The translations under genes and the position numbers were made by a program. The notes under the pieces were generated by a model. It was given only the letters and a program-made list of their open reading frames with translations, did not search any database and was not told where the DNA came from. This document shows positions 7,427-16,638 of a DNA stretch of 34,067 bases, one piece after another; positions within the stretch are counted from its first letter, which is position 1; each line of letters starts with the position of its first letter. The DNA comes from Acidobacteriota bacterium (lineage in GTDB: Bacteria; Acidobacteriota; Vicinamibacteria; Vicinamibacterales; UBA2999): positions 1 to 34,067 of the forward strand of contig JALDXK010000001.1 of assembly GCA_032155105.1 (NCBI GenBank), in the 5' to 3' direction.

Positions 7427-7944
7427 ATCCCTCGATCGCCATTGCCGCGGTGACGGTGATCGCGGCGCTGCTCATCATGGCCGGTGAAGCGGCGCTGTCG
7501 GCGTTCAACGAGCGCGAGCTTCGCGCCAGGGGCGCGATCGAGCCGCCGGGCGACGTGATCAACGCAATGCGCTGGGCCTATCCGCTGTCGTTCGTGCTGA
7601 TGGGGATCGAGGGCGCGCTCGGCGGGCCCGCACCGCGCGAGGTGATGATGTGGGGCCTGGCGCTGTTCGGGTTCGCCAAGGCGCTGAAGATGTGGGCGAT
7701 CACATCGCTCGGACCGCGGTGGAGCTATCGCGTGCTGGTGCTGCCCGGCGCACCGCTCGTGACCACCGGCCCCTACCGCTTTCTCTCACATCCCAACTAC
7801 CTCGCCGTCGTCGGCGAGATCGCCAGCGTGGCGATGATCGTGTGGGCACCGATCGCCGGCGTGCTGGCGACGATCGCATTCGGCGCCTTGATGATCGCGC
7901 GAATCCGTGTTGAGGATAGGGCGTTGGGACGCGGCGCGAAGTGA
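7423..7944 (+). CDS. Isoprenylcysteine carboxyl methyltransferase (ICMT) family membrane methyltransferase, short ~173-aa form
   Basis: ATG 7423 is coupled to the upstream stop. 4-5 predicted TM segments. The motif TTGPYRFLSHPNYLAVVGE is typical of the ICMT family. Size and layout resemble the BpsB/SrsB-type O-methyltransferases (from memory). Confidence 0.8.
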   Translation: MNPSIAIAAVTVIAALLIMAGEAALSAFNERELRARGAIEPPGDVINAMRWAYPLSFVLMGIEGALGGPAPREVMMWGLALFGFAKALKMWAITSLGPRWSYRVLVLPGAPLVTTGPYRFLSHPNYLAVVGEIASVAMIVWAPIAGVLATIAFGALMIARIRVEDRALGRGAK

Positions 7945-7998
7945 TGCACGCGCCGAGTCTCGCCGAAGCCCGCCACGCAATGCGCGAGCGAAGGCGGA

Positions 7999-8004
7999 TA
8001 AAAT
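7999..8004 (+). promoter_or_regulatory. -10-like TAAAAT 7 nt before GTG 8012 (leaderless-type)
   Basis: GATAAAATAGCCAGCGTG. It shares the AATAGCC spacer start with the 4948-4935 case. Confidence 0.4.
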
Positions 8005-8011
8005 AGCCAGC

Positions 8012-9499
8012 GTGAAACTGCCCGTGTGGGCAAAGGTGCTCGACGCCGTGGCCATCCTCATGGCCATCCTCGCTCTCTCAGTTCTCATCGCCGGCGGGTT
8101 CCGCATCGTCGTCTTTGGGGTCCGTGTCTCCGTCACCGACTGGTGGCGGCCGTTGCTGTGGACGCTCGTCGCGCTCGGCGTCAGGCACGCCATCATTCGC
8201 CATCACCCACTGCCGCAACGCGTGGTCGCCGGCATTCGCCGGTGGTGGCAGCATCCCGATACGCGCACGGTGCTGCCGATCCATCTGTCGACGCGCATCG
8301 GCGTAATCCTGATCGGCTTCCTGGCCGTGAGCCTGGTTGGCTTCCCGCCCGAAGCGCAGAAGCGCTGGCGCATCTACGACAACGCCTTTCTCGACCTGCC
8401 GGCGCGCTGGGACACTGGCTGGTATGTGGGCATCGCCACCGAGGGCTACCAGTTCGACCCCGAGGCGCGTGAGGACTATCAGCAGAACATCGCGTTCTTT
8501 CCGGCGTTCCCGATGTCGGTGCGCTACCTGTCGGCGGTGCTCGGGCGCCAGCCGCTCTGGACCGGTGTGGGCGTGTCGATGGTCGCGTTCTATTTCGCGA
8601 TGGTCTACTTCCTGCGGCTCGCGCGCAGCGAGCTTGGCGACGAGGATCGCGCCGTGGCCGCGGTGACGCTCCTGGCGGCGTATCCATTTGCCGTGTTCTT
8701 CAGCGCCGCCTACACCGAGGGGCTGTTCCTGCTCACGCTGGTCGGCGCCGTGTATCACTTTCGGCAGGATCAGCTGTGGCGATCGGCGATCTGGGGTTTC
8801 GTGTGCGGCCTGACGCGCCCGCCGGGGTGCTTTCTCTCCGTCGTGCTCGGGTTGATGGCGATCAGACCCATATGGGACGCCGCGCGATGGCGCTCCACCT
8901 TCGCGCGTAGCGCTGCCACTTACGCGCTCGGCGCTTCCACCTACGCGCCCGGCGCTTCGGTGGACAAGCCGGCGGACAAGCCTCCCGTTGATTGGCGCAC
9001 GATCGGGGCGCGCTTGCTCGCCGCATCGGCGCCCGGTCTCGGCATGCTGGCGTTCTCGGCGTTCGTGTATCAGCTCACCGGCAACGCGTTCCGGTGGACG
9101 ATGCAGAACGCGGCGTGGGGCCGGGTGTATCGCAGCCTGGATTCGATCGTCACCGATCGAGTCGACTTCATCGTCACCAACGGTTTCTTCGACTACGCGT
9201 CGACGCAGACCATCGACATGTTGTATTCGCTCGCGGTGCTGCTGGCGCTGGCCGCGGTGTGGCCCGTCTATCGGCGGTTCGGGTTGCCGTACGCCGTGTT
9301 CATCATCCTGAACGTGCTGCCGCCGATGTCGGCCGGTGGGATGCTGTCGATGGGACGAGTGACGTCGATCCTGTTCCCGGTGTTCCTGTGGATGGGCGCG
9401 GTGGTGCCGGCACGCCAGCGAACGGCATGGATCACGTTTTTCGCAATCCTCCAGGGCCTGGTCGCCCTGATGTTCTTCACCTGGCGGCCGTTGTACTAG
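8012..9499 (+). CDS. Polytopic GT-C-type membrane glycosyltransferase (PIG-V/ArnT-like mannosyltransferase family)
   Basis: About 495 aa with many TM segments. The periplasmic loop motif GWYVGIATEGYQFDPE...NIAFFPAFPM is typical of PIG-V-like GT-C enzymes. GTG 8012 is chosen because it lies 7 nt after TAAAAT and avoids overlap with the previous gene. Confidence 0.7.
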   Translation: MKLPVWAKVLDAVAILMAILALSVLIAGGFRIVVFGVRVSVTDWWRPLLWTLVALGVRHAIIRHHPLPQRVVAGIRRWWQHPDTRTVLPIHLSTRIGVILIGFLAVSLVGFPPEAQKRWRIYDNAFLDLPARWDTGWYVGIATEGYQFDPEAREDYQQNIAFFPAFPMSVRYLSAVLGRQPLWTGVGVSMVAFYFAMVYFLRLARSELGDEDRAVAAVTLLAAYPFAVFFSAAYTEGLFLLTLVGAVYHFRQDQLWRSAIWGFVCGLTRPPGCFLSVVLGLMAIRPIWDAARWRSTFARSAATYALGASTYAPGASVDKPADKPPVDWRTIGARLLAASAPGLGMLAFSAFVYQLTGNAFRWTMQNAAWGRVYRSLDSIVTDRVDFIVTNGFFDYASTQTIDMLYSLAVLLALAAVWPVYRRFGLPYAVFIILNVLPPMSAGGMLSMGRVTSILFPVFLWMGAVVPARQRTAWITFFAILQGLVALMFFTWRPLY

Positions 9500-9547
9500 A
9501 CCCACGTCCTGCCGTTCCTCAAGACCCCAAGTCCTCCGCCGCCGTCA

Positions 9548-9553
9548 TATACT
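9548..9553 (+). promoter_or_regulatory. -10-like TATACT 5 nt / 8 nt before the tandem ATG ATG (9559, 9562) that opens the MoxR-VWA operon
   Basis: CATATACTCGGACATGATG, with no Shine-Dalgarno. Confidence 0.35.
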
Positions 9554-9558
9554 CGGAC

Positions 9559-12063
9559 ATGATGGTTCGCCGCGGCCTGCTTCTCGTCCTCGCCATCGCA
9601 CTGACCGCAGGGCTCATGCCGCTCGTCACGGCTGAGCAGGGGCAGAACGTCACCGCGGCCCGCGGCACCGCGGAGAAGTCGTGGCGCGGCGGCCGCTTCG
9701 AGGAAATCGACACCCTCGCGCAGCAGTTCCCCAAGGACGAAGCCATCGCCGTGTATCACGCGCTCAGCGTCGCCGCGCGCGGCGACTATGCGCGCGCCGA
9801 AACGATTCTCAAGCCGCATGCCGCGGCCAATCCCGGCGGCGATGCGGCGCTCGAGCTCGGCTTGCTGCAGCTTGGCGTTGGCCGGCGCACCGAAGGCCGC
9901 CAGTCGCTGCAACTCGTGCTCGCGGCCGACGTGCGCACGCCCGCCGCGCGGGATTTCCTGCGGGCCGCGCGCGCCTCGCGCGCGTTGCACCGCATCGACG
10001 ATGCGCAGGCGTATTTCCGGGACGCCGCTGGCCTGGCGCCGACCGATCCGCGCGTCAACACCGAGTGGGGCGAGCTGTTCGTCGAGAAGTATTCGAACGC
10101 CGACGCGGCGAAGTCGTTCCAGGAAGCGCTGAAGGTCGATGGCGACTACGGCCCGGCGCTGGTCGGCATGGCCAAGGCGCTGGCCGACGAGAACCCGCCG
10201 CAGGCCGTGATGTTCGCGCAGCGCGCCCTCAAGCTGAACCCGAATGATTTCGCTGCGCACCTGCTGGTGGCCCAGATGTCCGTCTACCAGGACAAGAAGG
10301 CCGAGGCCAAGGACTCGATCGACCGCGTCCTGAAGGTCAACCCGCGGCATCTCGAAGCGTTGTCGATGAAGGCGGCGCTCGCCTACGTCGACGGCGAAAC
10401 CGATCTCTACAACGCCACCGTGGCCGAAGCGCTCGCGATCAATCCCACCTACGGCGAGATTCACCGCACCGTCGGCTATATCACCGCGCATTACTACCGC
10501 TTCGACGAAGCGGTGGGGCACACGCGCAAGGCGATTGCGCTCGACCGCGAGAATTTCCGCGCCGTGGCCGACCTCGGCGCGCAGCTGATGCGCACCGGCG
10601 ACGAACGCAATGCGCGCCGCAACCTGGAGACGGCGTTCCGCATCGATCGCTGGGACATCATGACCTACAACCTGCTCGAGCTGCTCGACAAGCTCGAGCC
10701 GTTCGACACCATCACCGAAGGCGAACTGGTGATCCGCCTGGCGCCGGAAGAATCGCCGGTGATGAAGGAATACGTGCCGCAGCTGTCGCGCGAGGCGCTC
10801 GATGCGCTGAGCAAGCGTTGGGAGTTCACGCCGAAAGGGCCGATCCTGATCGAGATGTTCCCGGAGCACGACGACTTCGCCGTGCGCACGCTGGGCCTGC
10901 CCGGCATGCTCGGCGCGCTGGGCGCGTGCTTTGGCCGCGTGGTGACGATCGATTCGCCGAGGGCCCGCGAGCGTGGCACGTTCAACTGGGGCGAAACGCT
11001 GTGGCACGAGATCGCCCACGTGATCACGCTGCAGCTGTCGAACAACCGGCTGCCGCGGTGGTTGAGCGAAGGTACCTCGACCTACGAGGAGCGCCGCGCC
11101 CGCAAGGAATGGGGCCGCGACATGGATATTCCGTTCGCGCGGTTCCTCGACAGCGGGAAGGCGCTCAAGATCCGCGACCTCAATTCCGGTTTCAGCAGCT
11201 CCGCGACGATTTCCTACGCGTATTACCAGGCCTCGCTGATCGTCGAGCACATCGTCGATACGCACGGCCAGCCGAAGCTGCGCGCGTTGGTGGCGGCGTA
11301 TGCCGACGGCAGCGACACCGAGACGGCGATCAAGACGGCGCTCGGCGTCGACATCGACGAGCTGCAGAAAACGTTCGACGCGATGCTCGAGACGCGCTAC
11401 GCGACGCTGCGCCGCATGCTGAAGACGCCCGAGGGCCTCGCGCCCGGCCTGCCACTCGACAAGCTCAAGGCGATCGCTGCCGACAACCCGGAGAGCTTCG
11501 CGGCACAGATGACCCTGGGCGACGCGCTCGCCGAATCGGATCCGGACGCCGCGATCGAAGCGTTCGAGCGCGCGGCGAAGCTGATTCCGAACGCCGGCGG
11601 TGAAGACAGTCCGTATGCCGGCATCGCCGCGATGGCGATGAAGAAGGGCGACAAGGTGCGCGCGGCACGCGCCCTCGAGCAGCTCACCGCCAACACCAAT
11701 ACCGACGTGGTCTCGGCGCGCCAGTTGGTCACGTTGCTCGACAGCACCAAGGAGCCCGCGCGCGTGCGAACCGCTCTGCAGCGCGTTGTGGCGGTCGATC
11801 CGTTCGACGCCCAGGCGCAGGCGGCGCTGGGACAACTGGCCCTCAAGGCCGGCGACACCGCGGAGGCGATTCGCGCCTTCAGCGTCGCCGTGGCCTCGAA
11901 GCCGCTGGATCGCGCCAGCGCCCACGCCGACCTCGCCGAGGCGCTGCTGCAGGCGGGCCGCAAGGACGACGCGCGAAAACAGGTGATGGAGGCGCTCATG
12001 GTGGCGCCCACCTTCACGCGCGCGCAGGATCTGCTCCTCAAGCTGTCCGGAGGGTCACGCTAA
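9559..12063 (+). CDS. Secreted TPR-repeat protein with an MA-clan zinc-metallopeptidase (HExxH) domain
   Basis: Signal peptide MMVRRGLLLVLAIALTAGLMPLVTA. N- and C-terminal TPR-like helical repeats. HEIAH at 11005-11019 is followed by WLSEGTSTYEE, a Peptidase_MA-like third ligand. Its stop overlaps the next start (TAATG). Confidence 0.8.
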   Translation: MMVRRGLLLVLAIALTAGLMPLVTAEQGQNVTAARGTAEKSWRGGRFEEIDTLAQQFPKDEAIAVYHALSVAARGDYARAETILKPHAAANPGGDAALELGLLQLGVGRRTEGRQSLQLVLAADVRTPAARDFLRAARASRALHRIDDAQAYFRDAAGLAPTDPRVNTEWGELFVEKYSNADAAKSFQEALKVDGDYGPALVGMAKALADENPPQAVMFAQRALKLNPNDFAAHLLVAQMSVYQDKKAEAKDSIDRVLKVNPRHLEALSMKAALAYVDGETDLYNATVAEALAINPTYGEIHRTVGYITAHYYRFDEAVGHTRKAIALDRENFRAVADLGAQLMRTGDERNARRNLETAFRIDRWDIMTYNLLELLDKLEPFDTITEGELVIRLAPEESPVMKEYVPQLSREALDALSKRWEFTPKGPILIEMFPEHDDFAVRTLGLPGMLGALGACFGRVVTIDSPRARERGTFNWGETLWHEIAHVITLQLSNNRLPRWLSEGTSTYEERRARKEWGRDMDIPFARFLDSGKALKIRDLNSGFSSSATISYAYYQASLIVEHIVDTHGQPKLRALVAAYADGSDTETAIKTALGVDIDELQKTFDAMLETRYATLRRMLKTPEGLAPGLPLDKLKAIAADNPESFAAQMTLGDALAESDPDAAIEAFERAAKLIPNAGGEDSPYAGIAAMAMKKGDKVRAARALEQLTANTNTDVVSARQLVTLLDSTKEPARVRTALQRVVAVDPFDAQAQAALGQLALKAGDTAEAIRAFSVAVASKPLDRASAHADLAEALLQAGRKDDARKQVMEALMVAPTFTRAQDLLLKLSGGSR

Positions 12064-12875
12064 TGGGCCGGCCGCGATGGCTCGCCGTGTTGGCGATGGT
12101 CGTGGCCCTGAGTCCGCTCGTGCCCGGCGGTGGATCGTGGGCCGCCACGGCGCTCGCGCAGATTCCGGTGGTCGACGGCAATAAGTTCGCCGGCCTGAAG
12201 TGGACGTTTGTCCGTATCCGTTACGGCAGCTATGAGAATGAAGGCGGCGCCGCGTCGCGCTTGTCCTATTGGGAAGATCCGTGGGCCATCGATGCGCCCG
12301 CAGCGGAGCAGAACCTGTCGCGGCGCGTCAAGTCGGTGACGGCCATCGACGTCGGCGAGCCAGCCGTGATGACCCTCGAAGACGCGAAGCTCTGGGAAAA
12401 TCCCTGGATCTACATCGTGGAGCCGAGCAACCTCGTGCTGAAGGATTCCGAAGTGCCGATCCTGCGCGAGTTCCTGCTGCGCGGCGGCACGCTGACGATG
12501 GATGATTTTCACGGGCCGTTCGAGTGGGAGCTGACGCAGAAACAGCTGGAGCGGGTGTTTCCCGATCGGCCGATCGTCGAGCTCGCGCCGCCGCACCCGA
12601 TCTATTCGTGCTTCTACCGCATCGACAAGTATCCGCAGATCCCCGGGCTCGGGTCGTTCCTGAGCGGGCGCACGTGGGAGAAAGGCGGCTTCACGGCGCA
12701 CCTCCGCGCCATTCTCGACGATGCCGGGCGGCCGATGGTGCTGATCAACTGGAACACCGACATGGGCGACGGTGTGGAGTGGTCGAACGCGCAGGAATAT
12801 CAGGGCTACATCAGGTGGACGGCGCAGGCCTACCAGATGTTGATCAACGAAGTGATCTATTCGCTGACACATTGA
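12063..12875 (+). CDS. DUF4159-like secreted protein
   Basis: Signal peptide. The motif WENPWIYIVEPSNLVLKDSEVPILREFLLRGGTLTMDDFHG matches my memory of DUF4159 proteins, which accompany MoxR/DUF58 operons. Confidence 0.7.
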   Translation: MGRPRWLAVLAMVVALSPLVPGGGSWAATALAQIPVVDGNKFAGLKWTFVRIRYGSYENEGGAASRLSYWEDPWAIDAPAAEQNLSRRVKSVTAIDVGEPAVMTLEDAKLWENPWIYIVEPSNLVLKDSEVPILREFLLRGGTLTMDDFHGPFEWELTQKQLERVFPDRPIVELAPPHPIYSCFYRIDKYPQIPGLGSFLSGRTWEKGGFTAHLRAILDDAGRPMVLINWNTDMGDGVEWSNAQEYQGYIRWTAQAYQMLINEVIYSLTH

Positions 12876-12897
12876 GTCATTGCCACGCTGAGGTCGC

Positions 12898-13904
<1,007 letters not shown>

Positions 13905-13905
<1 letters not shown>

Positions 13906-14798
13906 TGGCCGGTCCCGCGCGGTATCTCGACCCGGCAATCATCGCGCGGCTCGGCACGATCGATCTCAAGGCCCGGACCATCGTCGAAGGTTTCTTGACC
14001 GGCCTGCATCGCAGTCCGTACAAGGGCTTCAGCGTCGAGTTCGCGGAATACCGTCAGTACCTGCCCGGCGACGATCTCGCGACGCTCGACTGGAAGGTCT
14101 ACGCGCGATCGGATCGGCACTTCGTCAAGAAATACGAAGAAGAAACCAACCTCACGTGCCACCTGCTGATCGACGTCAGCGCATCGATGGGCTACGCGTC
14201 GGGCCCGATCACCAAGCTGGAATACGCCTCGTATCTCACCGGTGCGCTGGCGTACCTGATGCATCGCCAGCGTGATTCGTTCGGGCTGATCGCCTTCGAC
14301 GACAGCATCTCGGCGTTGCTGCCGGCCAGTGCGCGCTCAGGCCACCTGCGGATGGTGCTGCTGGCGCTCGAGCGGCTGGAAATGGGATCGCAGACCAACG
14401 TTGCCAAGCCGCTGAACGACCTGGCGGCGGCGGTGCGCAAGCAGGGCATGGTGGTGCTCGTGTCGGATCTGCTCGACGAGCCCGAGCGGGTGCTCGACGG
14501 CCTGAAGCATTTTCGCTATCGGGGCACCGACGTGATCGTGTTCCACATCCTCGATCCCTACGAGCTGAAGTTTCCGTTCGAGCAGGCGGCCCGCTTCCGC
14601 GACATGGAAACGCAGGAAGAAGTGATGGCCGTGCCGAGCGCGGTGCGCGAGGGCTATCTCAAACGGATGCAGGGCCTGATCCAGTTCTATCGCCGTGAGC
14701 TGGGTGTGGCCGGCATTGATTACTGCCAGCTCGATACGTCGCAGCCGCTCGAGCTGGGGCTGATGGCGTACCTGATGACCCGTCACCGGGCGCGCTGA
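13905..14798 (+). CDS. DUF58 protein (VWA-like, MoxR partner)
   Basis: ATG overlaps the moxR stop (TAATG 13903-13907). Signature FAEYRQYLPGDDLATLDWKVYARSDRHFVKKYEEE and the MIDAS-like LLIDVSASMGY are present. Confidence 0.9.
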
Positions 14799-16597
14799 TG
14801 TTCGGCATCTCGTTCCTGTCGCCGTTGTTCCTGATTGGCGCGCTCGCCGCCGCCGTCCCGATCCTGCTGCACCTGTTCCACCGCAAGACGGAAGTGGTGA
14901 TCGACTTTCCAGCCGTGCGGCTGCTGACCCGCGCGCCGGTGCAGCAGCATCGCCGCCGCCGCTTGCGCGAGCTGCTGCTGCTGGCGCTGCGCGTCGCGGC
15001 GCTGGTGCTGCTGGCGGTGTCGTTCGCGCGGCCCTATCTCGCCGGCGCGGTGGCGCCCGACTCCGCTGCCCTCACCGTGATCGCCGTGGACACGTCGATG
15101 AGCCTGTCGGCGCCGGGCCAGTTCGATCGCGCACGCGCGGCCGCACTCGAGGCGATCGATGACGCTCCCTCGTCGAATGCCGTGGCCCTGGTGTCGTTCG
15201 CCGACGCGGCCGCGGTGGCCGTGGAGCCGACCACCGATCGATCCGCGGTGCGAGCGGCGCTGGCGGCGTTGTCGCCCGGACCCGGTGGCACGCGCTACCG
15301 CACCGCGCTGTCGCGTACGAGCGAGGTGGTCGGCGCGCGCGAGGCGCGCGTCGTGCTGATCACCGATCTGCAGCAGGCCGGCTGGGAGGCCAACGACGAG
15401 GGCGGCTTGCCAGACGGCATCGACGTGCGGATCGCGAGCGTCGCGCCGCCGGCGTCGAACCTCGCGGTGACGTTCGCCGAACGCCGCGATCGCCGCGTGC
15501 TCGCGTCGGTGCAGAATTTCGGCAACCTCGACGCGAAGACGCCGGTGCGGCTGCTTCTCAACGGCAAGGAGCTGGCGCGCACCGAGGTGGTGGTGGCGCC
15601 GCTGGCGTCGGCCGATGTCGAACTCACCGCGGCGTTGCCGCGCACCGGCCGCGCGGAAGTACACATCGAGGACGGCCCCGGGTATCAGCTCGATAACGTG
15701 CGCCGCGTGCTGCTCGACCCCCCATCGGCGGTGCCGGTGGCGGTGATCGTGGCCGACCCCACCGGATCGACCGGCGGCCTGTATCTCGAGCGGGCGCTGA
15801 CGGTGGCCGGAGGCGGCCGCGAGTTCCGGGTCGACGTGCTCGACGGCCGCGAGGTCGCGAAGTGGGCCGCCGACGATCTGCAGCGCCGCGCGGCCGTGTT
15901 CGTGCTTGGCACGCGCACGCTCGATCGTGCCGGCCGCGACCTGCTCAAGGGGTACATCGCTCGCGGCGGGCAGGCCCTTGTCGCCCTCGGGCCGGACGTC
16001 GATCCCGGAACGTTGCAGGACAGCATCGGCGTGACCCTGTCGCTGCCTGGCGATCCGATGCGCACGCCCGGCGCGACGATGGTCGCGAGCGACGGGCGCC
16101 ATCCGATCTTTCGCCCATTTCTCAATCCGTCCGGCGCGCTCGGCGACGTCCAAGTGGAGCAGTACCGGCGTCTAAACGATCACCCCGATCGCACCGTGCT
16201 GGCTCGGTTCTCCGGCGGTGACCCGGCGTTGACGGAAGAGCAGGTCGGCGCGGGCCGATTGATGATCTACACCTCGGACCTCGACAACCAGTGGAGCCGC
16301 TTCCCGCTCAACCCGGCGTTCGTCCCGTTCGCGGTGGAAACGGCGCGCTACTTGAGCCGGGGGCGGGAGGCGCAGGGTGAACAGCTCGGCAACGTCGACG
16401 TTCGCGAGTCGAATCCGGCTGCAACCACGGCGGACGAGTTTACGAAAGCCATCGAGCGGACCAATCGGGCCGCCTTGACCGAAACGGGTGGGGCAGCGAA
16501 ACAGATCGAAGATCAACAGCGTTGGTGGCAAATCGGGCTGATTGTGATGCTTATCGCACTGGCCAGCGAAGCGGTGATTGGGCGCCGGGCGACCTGA
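14798..16597 (+). CDS. BatA-N (double-transmembrane) / VWA domain membrane protein
   Basis: TGATG overlap with the DUF58 gene. N-terminus FLSPLFLIGALAAAVPILLHLFHRK (BatA_N type), a second TM segment, MIDAS-like VDTSMS, and a C-terminal TM anchor. Confidence 0.85.
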   Translation: MFGISFLSPLFLIGALAAAVPILLHLFHRKTEVVIDFPAVRLLTRAPVQQHRRRRLRELLLLALRVAALVLLAVSFARPYLAGAVAPDSAALTVIAVDTSMSLSAPGQFDRARAAALEAIDDAPSSNAVALVSFADAAAVAVEPTTDRSAVRAALAALSPGPGGTRYRTALSRTSEVVGAREARVVLITDLQQAGWEANDEGGLPDGIDVRIASVAPPASNLAVTFAERRDRRVLASVQNFGNLDAKTPVRLLLNGKELARTEVVVAPLASADVELTAALPRTGRAEVHIEDGPGYQLDNVRRVLLDPPSAVPVAVIVADPTGSTGGLYLERALTVAGGGREFRVDVLDGREVAKWAADDLQRRAAVFVLGTRTLDRAGRDLLKGYIARGGQALVALGPDVDPGTLQDSIGVTLSLPGDPMRTPGATMVASDGRHPIFRPFLNPSGALGDVQVEQYRRLNDHPDRTVLARFSGGDPALTEEQVGAGRLMIYTSDLDNQWSRFPLNPAFVPFAVETARYLSRGREAQGEQLGNVDVRESNPAATTADEFTKAIERTNRAALTETGGAAKQIEDQQRWWQIGLIVMLIALASEAVIGRRAT

Positions 16598-16638
16598 ACG
16601 AGGGTTGCGGGCGGCGTAACGAAAGGCGAGAATCGTAC

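Noticed and set aside
9496-11925. 809-aa minus-strand ORF antisense to the TPR-peptidase gene
   Set aside because: Its Arg/Gly/Ala/Leu-rich composition has no recognisable motifs, as expected for the antisense frame of a very GC-rich gene. The plus-strand frame has a signal peptide, TPR repeats and an HExxH motif.
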